From the NCBI GenBank assembly GCA_021789895.1, contig JAJYIU010000010.1, forward strand, positions 1,246 to 33,245: a stretch of 32,000 nt of DNA, given 5' to 3'. The notes under the pieces are model-generated. The model was not told the origin of the DNA. It saw only the letters and a list, made by a program, of their open reading frames with translations, and did no database searches. The stretch comes from Acidobacteriota bacterium. GTDB lineage: Bacteria; Acidobacteriota; Terriglobia; Terriglobales; SCQP01. Position numbers and translations under genes: made by a program. This document shows, piece by piece, positions 7,933 to 18,074 of the stretch (positions are counted from its first letter, which is position 1; each line of letters begins with the position of its first letter).

Positions 7933-8214
7933 GGAAATCTTCCCTAGTGTATCAAAGCGGACGGCGGCGAATGCGCCGCTTCCGCCCGGCCATCGGATTT
8001 AGCATTCAGTAAGCGTTGACGTCCAAGTCGGACAGCTTTTCTGTCCGAGAACGCAGGCCGAAGCGCGGGGTGCCTTCAAGGTCCCGCGCCAGTTAACGGC
8101 TAAGAATTTCCGGCATTTATACGTTTCGCAATGTGTCCGGGTTCGGCCGGTCCATTGCGATAGCGTCAGCGCCTAAGCTGCAACAGCGGCCGTGCCGCAT
8201 TGAAATCTACAGTT

Positions 8215-8249
8215 TTTCTCCCGGGACGGAGCCTCCGTCCCGGGAGAAA
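8215..8249 (-). terminator. 16-bp perfect hairpin just downstream of the TonB receptor gene
   Basis: TTTCTCCCGGGACGGA-GCC-TCCGTCCCGGGAGAAA; lies 12 nt past the stop codon at 8262-8264. No U-tract follows on the minus strand. Confidence 0.55.
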
Positions 8250-8261
8250 TGGTAGTGGCCG

Positions 8262-11200
8262 TTAAAAGCTCAAATGTAGCGACATCTGTATAAACCGCGG
8301 GCTGCCCAGGGTGTTCTGAATCACGCCAAAGCCTGAAACCTGCGAGAAGGCAGGAAAATCGCTGTAGCTGGCGTTGAGTTCCGAATTGTTGTTGGGCGCG
8401 TCGAAGCTGGGAGTGTTGAATAGGTTGAAGAAATCGGCTTGATACTTCAGGGTAAAGCGTTCCGAGAGGCGGATGTTTTTAAACAGCGACATGTCGAAGC
8501 GCGATTGGAAGGGCCCGCGGAAATTGTTCCGCCCGGCCGCGCCATAGCCGGTTTCCACGCTATCGCAATAGTTGCCAAATCCGTCCTGCGTGGGCCCGCA
8601 GGGAGGCACTCCGTCTTGCCCCGGTTGCACGAGCGGCGGGGCGAAGGCATTGGGATTGAGACCCGGCAAACCGTTCTGCGTCTGTTGCGCGGTCTCCACG
8701 CCTTTGCCCGAGGCAATTGGAATTAATGGGTTGGTGATCACGTCGTTGGAGCTGTAGTAGAGCGAAGCCGCCCCGCCGGAATAATCCCAGACGCTATAGG
8801 GCATGCCGCTTTCCAGCACGGTGACGCCGCTCAATCCCCAGCCGTTGAGCACCCGGCCGGCGAAGGAAGTATCGTTGGCGACGGCCCGGGGCAGCGCATA
8901 CATGTAGCTGAAGGCGAATACATGGGTGCGATCGAACCCGGCGGTGCCATAGGCCGTGCGCGGATTGTTCGGATCGTTGCCGTTATAGAACAGGCCCAGG
9001 CCGCTGCCTTCGTCCAGCACATGCGACCAGGTGTAGGAGCCCTTGATCTGTAAGCCGTGCGAGAGACGCTTATTGACCGAGAATTCCAGGGCGTTGTAGT
9101 GGGAAATGCCTTCCGCTTCCCACAGCGCCAGGTTGGGGCTGTAGCCGATGTAGGGGACCCGCAGGTCCACGTTGCCGCCATCATAGCTGCTGTTGTAATT
9201 GCTGTAGGGCTCGGTGACCAGGCCGCCCCAGGGCGTGCCATACGGCCCCCACTGGCTGCAATTCGGGTCGTTGGGATTGCAGGGATTGAAGCCGTAGCTG
9301 TAGGTCTGGCCATTCACCGGATGCGACGGAGTGGCGATCTGCGGCTGATTGATGGGAATCGGCAGAACTTCGTGCACGCCATGATTGCCGGTGTACCCGA
9401 GGGTCAGGACGAGATTGTTCGAGGGCTGCCACTGGGCATCGAGCGTCCAGTTCTCCGAATAGGGCAGCTTGTTGCTCATGTCGTAGCCGCCGATTTGCGC
9501 GGCCATGGCGCCGCCGTCGGCGGTGTCGGGCACGTCGTTATTCGGTCCGCAGCCGAGCGGGCCGGGCATTTCGCCGGCGGGGCAGCCGGCTGTCGCGGTC
9601 AGGTTGGGAATGGTCTGCGCAAACAAAGCCGGATTCCCCGTGGCCACGTTGGGCGCGGTGGGGCCGAGCGGATCGGAGAGGGTCGAGCCGCTGGGACTTC
9701 TGAACGGAACGACGAAGGGAAGTTCCTGGGTCACGCCCAACGGACCGCTGATGCCGTAGCCTGCGCCGGGCGAGAATTCGGTGAAGAACTCGCCGCGGTC
9801 GTAATACATGCCGTAACCGGCGCGCAAAACCAGATTGTGATTGAAGCCCGGCGTCCAGGCCAGACCGATGCGCGGGGCAAAACCCCACTGGTTTTGCGTC
9901 AGGGTCGAGTCGCTGACGCCGGGGGTGGCATAGACGGCATTGTTGCCGGCGACCACCAGGCCGTCGTTGACGACTGTATCGCTAGCGGCATCGTATTTGT
10001 AGCGCGAGGGGTCGAAATTGGTCAGCAGCCCATGCTCCTCCGACAACGGGCCGTCGTAGTCGTAGCGCAAGCCGTAGTTCAGCGTCAGCCGCGGCGTGAG
10101 CTGCCAGGTGTCTTGCACGTAGGCGCCCGCTTCTTTGGCGCGGTAATAGCGATTGGTGGACCCTTGCAGCAGATTGGTGGAGCGGATCTTGCCCTGGAGG
10201 AAATCCGCAAAATTTGAAATGGATATCTGCGCCGCCGCGTTCGAGCGGTTGATGATGTTGAGCTGGTTGTAGTTGTAGTCGAAGCCGAAGGCGAGGTTAT
10301 GCGATCCCAGCACCCAGTTCAGGTTGGTGGAATAGGTGTATTGATTCTGGTAAACCCCGCCGTTGGTGAAGTTGCCGGCGGACCCGAATCGAAAACCGTT
10401 CCCAATGGACGGATCGGCAGTGCGGATGGTAATGCCCGGAAATAGCGGGTTGCCGAACATGTTGATGCCGAAGTCGCCAGGGCTGAATTGTTGCTGGATT
10501 TTCGCGTATGCCAGCTCGCGAATGAAGCCGACTTTCTGCGACCAGGTGACGGTTGGCCCCATGACTTGGGTGTTTTCCAGCGAAAATACCTGGCTCCCCG
10601 CCTGCAACCGCTGCGGGAAGCCGAGCAGGCCGCTCACCGCGAATGGCGAATCGGTGGGATCGCTCTGGTAATAGTACTTTTCCGCCATATGGTCGTTACG
10701 GCTGAGGTTGAAATCCAGATTGGCATTGGCCTGGTTGGCGGAAAATTTGGGCGTTCCGTAAACGATGGCATCGTAGCCCAGATTGGAGGCCGTGTTGGCG
10801 TCGGTGATGCTCGGCGTCGGGATCAGATACTGCCCGTTCACCTTGGTGTTCATCAGCTTCAAGGCAACCGGATTGATCTGCGTAACCCCGAATTCGGATT
10901 CCAGCGTCGCCTGGCTGCGATCGTTTGTCAGGTTCAGCGGCACGGTCAAATACGAGGTCCCGTTCAATTGATCTTTGGTGCGCACCCCCTGAAAAGAACC
11001 GAAAAAGAACACCTTGTTATGGATCAGCGGGCCGCCCAAAGTGGCGCCGAGCACGTTCCGATGCAATTCAGGCACTTTCTGGCTTTGCGGAATGGAGGGA
11101 TCGGCGTTGTAGAAAAAGGGCGCCGCGTTCCATGCGCTGGATTGGCGATACCAATACAATTGGCCGTGATAGTGGTTGGTTCCGGCGCGGGTCAGGATGG

Positions 11201-12050
11201 CGACATGGGCGCCGCTGTTGGCGCCTTCGGCCGCGTCGTACATCGAACTGTTGACGCGTAGTTCTTCGATCGTTTCCGGCGGCGGCGTGGGTAATCCCTG
11301 GCCGATGGCGTCATAGACGGACGTATTCGTCTGAATTTGTCCGCCGGGCAGGAAGTGCTCGCCGGTATTGAAGGTGAAACGCGCTTCGCCAACCGAGCTG
11401 GACGATTTGCCGTTGAAAAGATTGTTGGCGTTGACGCCATTGAAACTGATGCTGTTGCTGGTATCGCGCTGCCCGTTGGCCCAAATCTCCTGGTTCCCCA
11501 TTCCGGCATTGGTGCCCGATCCGCTCAGTAGGTCGGCATTGACGCCGGGGCTGAGCGTAGCGAGTTGAGTAAAGCTTCCGGTGCCTAAGGGTATGGTCTG
11601 GATGGTATTGGAGCTGAGGATGTAGCCGTTCGTCGTGTTGACGCGATTGAGCAGGGGGGTCGCCGTAACCGTGACGGTAGTATTGATGCTGCCCGGCTGG
11701 AGCGTTACCGGCACGGTGGCGGTTCGATTGGCCAGGACCAGGATGTCGGAATGAACGACTTTTTTAAATCCATTCTTGCTGAAAGTGATCTGATACGTGC
11801 CGATCGGCAGGCCATAAAAGATGAAATTGCCGCGGGAATTGGTCTGCGTCTGCCGCACGAGACCCGTATTCACGTTGAGTAGGCTGATTTGCGTTCCAGC
11901 GACTGCTCCGCCGGAAGCATCCAGCACCGTCCCATTAATGTTCCCGACCGTCATCTGGGCTGGCAGCGTTAGCCCCAGCAGGCCAAGCACCAAGCCGATA
12001 CAGCCGACCACACGACCGAAAGTGAAACGACCTGAAATGTTGCCAAGCAT
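8262..12050 (-). CDS. TonB-dependent outer-membrane receptor, Oar-like, with N-terminal carboxypeptidase-regulatory-like domain
   Basis: N-term GNINGTVLDASGGAVAGTQISLLNVNTGLVRQTQTNSRGNFIFYGLPIGTYQITFSKNGFKK; plug/barrel features, 1262 aa, ends in aromatic RFIQMSLHLSF. Confidence 0.9.
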   Translation of the reverse strand: MLGNISGRFTFGRVVGCIGLVLGLLGLTLPAQMTVGNINGTVLDASGGAVAGTQISLLNVNTGLVRQTQTNSRGNFIFYGLPIGTYQITFSKNGFKKVVHSDILVLANRTATVPVTLQPGSINTTVTVTATPLLNRVNTTNGYILSSNTIQTIPLGTGSFTQLATLSPGVNADLLSGSGTNAGMGNQEIWANGQRDTSNSISFNGVNANNLFNGKSSSSVGEARFTFNTGEHFLPGGQIQTNTSVYDAIGQGLPTPPPETIEELRVNSSMYDAAEGANSGAHVAILTRAGTNHYHGQLYWYRQSSAWNAAPFFYNADPSIPQSQKVPELHRNVLGATLGGPLIHNKVFFFGSFQGVRTKDQLNGTSYLTVPLNLTNDRSQATLESEFGVTQINPVALKLMNTKVNGQYLIPTPSITDANTASNLGYDAIVYGTPKFSANQANANLDFNLSRNDHMAEKYYYQSDPTDSPFAVSGLLGFPQRLQAGSQVFSLENTQVMGPTVTWSQKVGFIRELAYAKIQQQFSPGDFGINMFGNPLFPGITIRTADPSIGNGFRFGSAGNFTNGGVYQNQYTYSTNLNWVLGSHNLAFGFDYNYNQLNIINRSNAAAQISISNFADFLQGKIRSTNLLQGSTNRYYRAKEAGAYVQDTWQLTPRLTLNYGLRYDYDGPLSEEHGLLTNFDPSRYKYDAASDTVVNDGLVVAGNNAVYATPGVSDSTLTQNQWGFAPRIGLAWTPGFNHNLVLRAGYGMYYDRGEFFTEFSPGAGYGISGPLGVTQELPFVVPFRSPSGSTLSDPLGPTAPNVATGNPALFAQTIPNLTATAGCPAGEMPGPLGCGPNNDVPDTADGGAMAAQIGGYDMSNKLPYSENWTLDAQWQPSNNLVLTLGYTGNHGVHEVLPIPINQPQIATPSHPVNGQTYSYGFNPCNPNDPNCSQWGPYGTPWGGLVTEPYSNYNSSYDGGNVDLRVPYIGYSPNLALWEAEGISHYNALEFSVNKRLSHGLQIKGSYTWSHVLDEGSGLGLFYNGNDPNNPRTAYGTAGFDRTHVFAFSYMYALPRAVANDTSFAGRVLNGWGLSGVTVLESGMPYSVWDYSGGAASLYYSSNDVITNPLIPIASGKGVETAQQTQNGLPGLNPNAFAPPLVQPGQDGVPPCGPTQDGFGNYCDSVETGYGAAGRNNFRGPFQSRFDMSLFKNIRLSERFTLKYQADFFNLFNTPSFDAPNNNSELNASYSDFPAFSQVSGFGVIQNTLGSPRFIQMSLHLSF

Positions 12051-12171
12051 CGAAGTTCTCTCCTGAATCCGAGCTTTTCATGCGAACTGATTCCGCCAGG
12101 TTTGCGACACAGGCTGCTGTCATACCCGGAAGCGAAATATTAACGGCAGAGAGATGCTGGATTCAAGTGAG

Positions 12172-13110
12172 TTAAGACTGATTCATTGAAATATCATTTT
12201 CTGCGGCCGGAACTGTCGAAGACTCTTCACAATACTGCCGGCGAAGCCGGTTCATGCAGGCCTGCGCCTCAGCTAAGTACTTTGGATTTAAGTGGATAGG
12301 AATCCCTTCGGCGCGTAATGCCTGGAGCGCGGCTTCGGTGGCGATATTGCCCACCAGGCGATCGCCCGCAAAAGGGCATCCGCCCATGCCGCCCAGGGCG
12401 GTATCGAAGCGGCGGCAGCCAGCGGCAAAAGCCCGCTGAATTTTCTCAATTGCCCGCTCCGGACGGGAATGCAAATGCAGCCCCAGTTCAAGCTGCGGAA
12501 AGCGTTTCCGGGCCGCAGCGTAGCGTTCGACAATGGCCTCAGTCGCCGTCCGGCCGGCGGTATCGGCCAGGGCAATTTCCCCTACGCCCAGGCTGGCGAG
12601 ACGATCAAGCGCCCGCAGCATGGTCTCCGTGCTGTCGGGATCGCCATAGGGGTTGCCAAACGCCATGGAAAGGTACACGGCCAGCTTGCGCCCGCTCTCA
12701 TCGGCCAAGGACTTTATTTCCAATAGCGCCGCCAACGCTTGTTCCTGAGTCTGGCGGGCATTGCGGCGCTGGAATTCAGGCGAAAGGGAAAATGGAAAGC
12801 CAAATGTGGTCACTACGGTGTCAAGCCCGCGTTCCGCACCGCGCCGGTTCAGCACGATTCCGATCAATTCCAGCGGCTCGCCGCGCCGCGCGAATTTCTC
12901 GATTTCGGGCGTTAGCTTACGCAGCACGGCCTCCGAATCTGCCATCTGCGGAACGGCTTGGGGCGATACGAAACTGACACAATCGAGATGGCGGAAGCCG
13001 GCTTCGAGCAAAAGCCGGATCAACTCGGCTTTATCTGCTGCCGGAATGATGCGCGGGCAGCCTTGCAGCGCGTCGCGTGGGCATTCGATCAGCTTGACCG
13101 CGGCATGCAT
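12172..13110 (-). CDS. mvaB: Hydroxymethylglutaryl-CoA lyase
   Basis: HMGL-like TIM barrel: CPRDALQGCPRIIPAADKAELIRLLLEAGFRHLDCVSFVSPQAVPQMADS, GEIALADTAGRT, LHLHSRPE, GGMGGCPFAGDRLVGNIATE. Confidence 0.85.
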   Translation of the reverse strand: MHAAVKLIECPRDALQGCPRIIPAADKAELIRLLLEAGFRHLDCVSFVSPQAVPQMADSEAVLRKLTPEIEKFARRGEPLELIGIVLNRRGAERGLDTVVTTFGFPFSLSPEFQRRNARQTQEQALAALLEIKSLADESGRKLAVYLSMAFGNPYGDPDSTETMLRALDRLASLGVGEIALADTAGRTATEAIVERYAAARKRFPQLELGLHLHSRPERAIEKIQRAFAAGCRRFDTALGGMGGCPFAGDRLVGNIATEAALQALRAEGIPIHLNPKYLAEAQACMNRLRRQYCEESSTVPAAENDISMNQS

Positions 13111-13122
13111 AAGGTTGGCAGT

Positions 13123-14793
13123 TTAAGTTTGCAAAACACCGGTGCGCAGCGGCGGCACTTCGGGATTCAGCGCAGCGGCTTCCAGCGCCAAAACTAGCGC
13201 GCTGCGGGTCACGCGCGGCTCGACGATGCGGTCAATCCACAAACGGGCGGCGCCATATTCGGGGGCCATCTGGCCGGTGTAAGCCGTTTGGATTTCCTGC
13301 AGCAGGCGCTCCCGCTCCGCCGGCGAAACGGCCTGGCTTTTGCGCTGGCGCACCCGTACTTCGAGCAGCGTCTGCGCCGCCTGTTCCGCGCCCATGACAG
13401 CGTAACGGGCGCTTGGCCACGCCAGCAGCCAGCGCGGATCGTAGGCTTTGCCGCACATGGCATAATGCCCGGCGCCGAAGCTGCCGCCAAGAATGACGCT
13501 GATTTTCGGCACGACAGAATTAGAGACGGCATTCACCATTTTGGCCCCGGCGCGAATAATGCCTTCGGATTCCGCCTCGCGGCCGACCATAAAGCCGCTG
13601 ACGTCGTGCAAAAAAACGATGGGAATCAGCGATTGATTGCAATCGAGAATGAAGCGCGCCGCTTTTATTGCACTGTCGGAGTAAACGACGCCGCCGAATT
13701 CCACCCTGCCGTCAGGACGGCGGATATGAATCCGCTGGTTGGCGACAATGCCGACCGCGAAGCCCGCCAGGCGTCCATAGCCGCAGACCAAGGTACGGCC
13801 AAACTCAGCCCGATATTCATCAAAGCGGCTGTCGTCGAGCATGCAGGCGAGCAGATCGCGGACATCATATTGAGCCTGTGGCTCGGCGGCAAAGATGCCT
13901 TCCAGCCAATCCGCCGGATAACGCGGCGGCCGGGCTGCAATGCGGTCGAAAGGAGCAGGGCTGGACGCTCCGAGTTGCGCCATCAAAGCGCGTATGCGGC
14001 GCAGGCAGGCGGCGTCGTCGGTTTCCTTGAAATCCACCGTGCCGCTGATGGCGGCGTGCATGGAGGCGCCGCCGAGCTCCTCGCCGGCGACTTTCTGACC
14101 GATCGCGGCCTGCACCAGGGCCGGACCGGCCAGGTACAATCCGCTGCCCTCAGTCATAAGTACGGTGTCGCACATCACCGGCAGATAGGCGCCGCCGGCG
14201 ACACAACTGCCCATAATTGCGGCGATCTGCGGGATGCCGCGCGCGGAGAGCACGGCATTATTGCGAAAGACCCGGCCGAAATCGTCGGTATCGGGAAACA
14301 CATCTTCCTGTAGTGGCAGGAAAATACCGGCGGAATCGACCAGGTAAACTACCGGGAGGCGATTATCGAGCGCGATGGTTTGGGCGCGAATGACCTTTTT
14401 CGCGGTCAGCGGGAAAAAAGCGCCGGCCTTGACGGTGGCATCGTTGGCGATCACCATGGCCAGCCGGCCGGAGATTTTGCCCACCCCGCAGACCACACCG
14501 GCGGCGGGCGCGCCGCCCCATTCCGCATACATGCCATAGGCGGCGAGGGCGCCGAGTTCGTGCCAGGCGGTATCGCGGTCGAGCAGCGCGTCAAGACGCT
14601 CGCGCACACCAAGACGGCCGCGAGCATGCTGGCGCTCAAGGGCCTCGGCCCCTCCGCCGGCCCGCGCTTCGGCTTCTAACGCGCGCCAGGCGTCAATCCG
14701 GGCGCGCATGCTGCGTAGATTTTTTTGAAACAACGGTGAACCCGGGTCGAGATCCAAGCTAAGGATCGAGCGCTCCGGATCGGTGCTCATCAT
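13123..14793 (-). CDS. Biotin-dependent acyl-CoA carboxylase carboxyltransferase (methylcrotonyl-CoA carboxylase beta-type)
   Basis: Carboxyltransferase motifs ERLDALLDRDTAWHELG, VYLVDSAGIFLPLQEDVFPD, GSCVAGGAYLPVMCDTVLM, GYMVGREAE-like FMVGREAESEGIIRAGAKM, GGSFGAGHYAMCGKAYDPR; next to HMG-CoA lyase (leucine catabolism context). Confidence 0.87.
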   Translation of the reverse strand: MMSTDPERSILSLDLDPGSPLFQKNLRSMRARIDAWRALEAEARAGGGAEALERQHARGRLGVRERLDALLDRDTAWHELGALAAYGMYAEWGGAPAAGVVCGVGKISGRLAMVIANDATVKAGAFFPLTAKKVIRAQTIALDNRLPVVYLVDSAGIFLPLQEDVFPDTDDFGRVFRNNAVLSARGIPQIAAIMGSCVAGGAYLPVMCDTVLMTEGSGLYLAGPALVQAAIGQKVAGEELGGASMHAAISGTVDFKETDDAACLRRIRALMAQLGASSPAPFDRIAARPPRYPADWLEGIFAAEPQAQYDVRDLLACMLDDSRFDEYRAEFGRTLVCGYGRLAGFAVGIVANQRIHIRRPDGRVEFGGVVYSDSAIKAARFILDCNQSLIPIVFLHDVSGFMVGREAESEGIIRAGAKMVNAVSNSVVPKISVILGGSFGAGHYAMCGKAYDPRWLLAWPSARYAVMGAEQAAQTLLEVRVRQRKSQAVSPAERERLLQEIQTAYTGQMAPEYGAARLWIDRIVEPRVTRSALVLALEAAALNPEVPPLRTGVLQT

Positions 14794-14827
14794 CGTGGCG
14801 TCCGCCGTCGAAGGGCGGCAATCAACA

Positions 14828-16078
14828 TTAGAGCGTATTCATGGCGCCAAGAAATTCGGCGTTGGCCTTGGTCTTCAACAGCTTATCCCGCAAAAGTTCC
14901 ATGGATTCGGTAACCGACAGCGGATTCAGCACCTTGCGCAATACCCAGATGCGGTTGAGATCGTCTTTGGGTATGAGCAGCTCTTCCTTGCGGGTTCCGG
15001 AGCGCTGAATGTCGATAGCGGGAAAGACGCGCTTATCCACCAGCTTCCGGTCGAGGATAATTTCCATGTTCCCGGTGCCTTTGAATTCTTCGAAAATGAC
15101 GTCGTCCATGCGGCTGCCGGTTTCAATCAGGGCGGTGGCGATGATGGTCAGCGAGCCGCCTTCCTCGATATTGCGCGCCGCGCCGAAGAAGCGTTTGGGC
15201 CGCTGCAATGCATTGGAATCCACGCCGCCGGAAAGCACTTTGCCGGAAGGCGGAACAACGGTGTTGTAGGCGCGGGCCAGCCGCGTGATGGAATCGAGCA
15301 GAATGACCACGTCGCGCTTGTGCTCGACCAGGCGCTTGGCTTTCTCGATGACCATCTCGGCCACCTGGACGTGACGGGTAGCCGGCTCGTCGAAGGTGGA
15401 ACTGATGACTTCGCCTTTGACGGTGCGCTGCATGTCCGTAACTTCTTCCGGCCGCTCGTCAATCAGCAGCACGATCAACACGATTTCCGGATGATTGGCG
15501 GTAATCGAGTTGGCGATGGACTGTAACAGCATGGTTTTCCCGGTGCGCGGCGGAGCGACAATCAGCCCGCGCTGGCCTTTGCCCACCGGGGTCAACAGGT
15601 CCATGATGCGGCCGCTGACGTTTTCCCGTACGGTTTCGAGCCGCACCCGTTCGCTGGGATAAAGCGGGGTGAGGTTGTCGAAAAGGATTTTATTGCGCGC
15701 CTCCTCAGGCGCTTCGAAGTTGATGGCCTCGATTTTGACGAGGGCAAAGTATTTTTCACCCTCATGCGGCGATCGCACCTGGCCGGATACGGTATCCCCG
15801 GTGCGCAGGTCGAAGCGGCGAATTTGGGAGGGGGATACGTAAATATCGTCGGGACCGGGGAGGTAATTATAGTCGGGTGAGCGCAGGAAGCCGTAGCCGT
15901 CGGGCAGGATTTCCAGGACGCCCTCGGCGAAGATATGGCCTTCCTTCTCGCTTTGCGCCTGCAGAATTTTGAAGATCAGGTCCTGCTTGCGCATCCCGCT
16001 GGCACCCGGTAATTCGAGGGTGCGGGCGATTCGAGTCAACTCGGCAATGTTCTTTTCCTTCAGTTCGGCAATGGTCAT
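14828..16078 (-). CDS. rho: Transcription termination factor Rho
   Basis: RNA-binding [43 protein letters not shown]-loop [71 protein letters not shown]. Confidence 0.98.
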   Translation of the reverse strand: MTIAELKEKNIAELTRIARTLELPGASGMRKQDLIFKILQAQSEKEGHIFAEGVLEILPDGYGFLRSPDYNYLPGPDDIYVSPSQIRRFDLRTGDTVSGQVRSPHEGEKYFALVKIEAINFEAPEEARNKILFDNLTPLYPSERVRLETVRENVSGRIMDLLTPVGKGQRGLIVAPPRTGKTMLLQSIANSITANHPEIVLIVLLIDERPEEVTDMQRTVKGEVISSTFDEPATRHVQVAEMVIEKAKRLVEHKRDVVILLDSITRLARAYNTVVPPSGKVLSGGVDSNALQRPKRFFGAARNIEEGGSLTIIATALIETGSRMDDVIFEEFKGTGNMEIILDRKLVDKRVFPAIDIQRSGTRKEELLIPKDDLNRIWVLRKVLNPLSVTESMELLRDKLLKTKANAEFLGAMNTL

Positions 16079-16268
16079 AGGGTTAGATCAGGCGGATGAT
16101 AGACAACCACAGCGGCGCCGGCCGCTCACAACTTCCAAAACGGGGGTTTTAACGGATAGCCGCGTCCACAACGCGCGGTATCTATGCGGAATTTCAGCTT
16201 AACCTTCCATGTCCGTCTTGTCAAGCGTTTGCGGGCGGATACCGCCTGGGGGCGTTGGACCAGGAAGG

Positions 16269-16568
16269 TCAGTCCAGATCGAGATCGCGCACGGGCGGAG
16301 GCGAGTCATCGTCGCGGGCGCGGCGCAATCCCTCTTCGAATTTTCGGGCGAGCCGCTCGCCGGCCTGGCGTTGATCGGAGCGAGCGCGTTCGAAGCGTTG
16401 TTCGCGCTCCTGCTGCTGGCGGCGCAGCAGGCTGGCCGCCTGGCCCAGATCGAGCTCCGGCGCGGGCTCGGCGCTGGCTTCCAGCCGCAGCGCGCCGCTT
16501 TCCAAATCCATTTCCAGGGCGGCGCCGCATGCGGGGCAATGCGCCCGTTTGGCCCGGGATCTTGTCAT
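16269..16568 (-). CDS. Small CxxC-containing protein of unknown function (99 aa)
   Basis: HCPACGAALEMDLESGALRLEA then a charged coiled-coil-like tail; ATG start at 16566-16568. Overlaps the 3' reading frame of the ybeY ORF. Confidence 0.45.
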   Translation of the reverse strand: MTRSRAKRAHCPACGAALEMDLESGALRLEASAEPAPELDLGQAASLLRRQQQEREQRFERARSDQRQAGERLARKFEEGLRRARDDDSPPPVRDLDLD

Positions 16569-17016
16569 GAGACGAGCTTATCACGGCGCGTGCGATCAGA
16601 CCGGAGGGTAAGCCTAGCCGCCGCCGCAGCCGGTCTTCACGCGCCGCCATTTCGCCTTGATCGGTCTCGTGATCCTCGCCGGCTAGGTGCAACAATCCAT
16701 GCAACGCCAGGATGCGCAATTCTATTTCGAAGGCATGCCCGCGAGCCCGCGCCTGGCGTGCGGCGGTTTCGCGCGACACGGCAATGTCGCCCAGGTACTC
16801 TGCTTCCCCGCTGGGAAAGGACAGCACATCAGTCGTGCGATCGCAACCGCGGTAAGTCCGGTTCCAACTCCGCATGCGGCGGTTGGAAACCAATGCAAAG
16901 CCGAAATCTCCCTGGATGCCGCAACGGCGGGGTAGGCGCCGCAGCCAGTCTTGCAAATCCGCCGGAAGAGGGACAGGCCTGGCGGCGCGTGAGCGGGCAG
17001 CCTCTCCGCCGGGCAT
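16306..17016 (-). CDS. ybeY: Endoribonuclease YbeY (rRNA maturation factor); ORF as tracked is longer at the C-terminus than expected
   Basis: DVLSFPSGE, GDIAVSRETA, LHGLLHLAGEDHETD metal-binding motif; start overlaps the stop of the upstream PhoH-like gene. Confidence 0.88.
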   Translation of the reverse strand: MPGGEAARSRAARPVPLPADLQDWLRRLPRRCGIQGDFGFALVSNRRMRSWNRTYRGCDRTTDVLSFPSGEAEYLGDIAVSRETAARQARARGHAFEIELRILALHGLLHLAGEDHETDQGEMAAREDRLRRRLGLPSGLIARAVISSSHDKIPGQTGALPRMRRRPGNGFGKRRAAAGSQRRARAGARSGPGGQPAAPPAAGARTTLRTRSLRSTPGRRAARPKIRRGIAPRPRR

Positions 17017-18074
17017 TAATGTTCCAATCCGGCCGGCTCCGGTTCGGCTTCCGGCGCGGGTATTCGCGGCGGAGGCGGGGATTCCGGCTCGGCTGCGGGC
17101 AAAAGCGAAAGTTGTTGCGCTGCCCGGAGTTCCGGGTTCTTCTCTTCCTCGTAAGCGCGAATGATCTGCTGCACCAGATTATGGCGCACGACGTCGTGTT
17201 CGTTCAGATAAACGATGCCAATGCCGGAAATCCCGTTCAGAATGCGTATGGCCTGCAGCAGTCCACTGGCCCGCCCGCTGGGCAGGTCGATCTGAGTGAT
17301 GTCGCCCGTGATGACAGTTTTGGAGCGGAAGCCCATGCGGGTGAGGAACATCTTCATTTGTTCCTGAGTGGTGTTTTGCGCCTCGTCCAGGATGATGAAG
17401 GCATCGTTCAAAGTGCGGCCGCGCATGAAGGCGATAGGCGCGATTTCGATGGTGTTGCGTTCCAGCAGGCGATCCACCTTTTCGGCGTCCAGCAGGTCAT
17501 AAAGCGCATCATAGAGAGGACGAAGGTAGGGATCGACCTTTTCCTGCAAGGTGCCGGGCAGAAAACCAAGACGCTCACCGGCTTCCACGGCTGGGCGCGC
17601 CAGAATGATGCGGTTGATTTCCTTATTCAACAGCGCGGAAACCGCCATCGCGACGGCAAGATAGGTTTTCCCTGTGCCCGCCGGTCCTACTCCAAAGACC
17701 ATATCCTGGCGGCTGATGGCTTCCAGGTACAGGCGCTGGTTCAACGACTTGGGCTGAACGGCTTTTTTACCAAAATTTCGCTGTTGGCCGCTGCGAGCCA
17801 GGCTCAGCAGGCTGAGGTTGCGGTCGGCGGCAATAACGCGCAGCAAATCGTGCAGATCGCCATTATCGAATTGCATGCCTTCCTGCCGAAGCTGGCGGTA
17901 GTCGCCGAGGATGGCTTCCATGCGGTCCAGACCCGAGGGGTCGCCCTGCAATTCAATGCCGTCGGCCAGCAATTGCACGGTAATGCCCAGGCTGGTTTCC
18001 AGCATGCGGAGATTTTCATCCAGCGGGCCAAACAGGACTTCGATATCACGGCTGTATTCAAGCGTTCGCTTCAT
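17016..18074 (-). CDS. phoH: PhoH-family ATPase (YbeZ-like)
   Basis: P-loop [80 protein letters not shown]; operon order with ybeY. Confidence 0.95.
   Translation of the reverse strand: MKRTLEYSRDIEVLFGPLDENLRMLETSLGITVQLLADGIELQGDPSGLDRMEAILGDYRQLRQEGMQFDNGDLHDLLRVIAADRNLSLLSLARSGQQRNFGKKAVQPKSLNQRLYLEAISRQDMVFGVGPAGTGKTYLAVAMAVSALLNKEINRIILARPAVEAGERLGFLPGTLQEKVDPYLRPLYDALYDLLDAEKVDRLLERNTIEIAPIAFMRGRTLNDAFIILDEAQNTTQEQMKMFLTRMGFRSKTVITGDITQIDLPSGRASGLLQAIRILNGISGIGIVYLNEHDVVRHNLVQQIIRAYEEEKNPELRAAQQLSLLPAAEPESPPPPRIPAPEAEPEPAGLEH

Noticed and set aside
7946-7959. Shared 13-mer AGTGTATCAAAGC near 7947 and 22700
   Set aside because: A 13-bp exact match is expected by chance several times in 32 kb and local contexts otherwise differ.
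9057-10217. 386-aa plus-strand ORF
   Set aside because: Antisense to the TonB-dependent receptor; shadow ORF without recognisable domain.
13288-14313. 341-aa plus-strand ORF
   Set aside because: Antisense to the carboxyltransferase gene; no domain-like features.
14783-15526. 247-aa plus-strand ORF
   Set aside because: Antisense to rho; shadow ORF.
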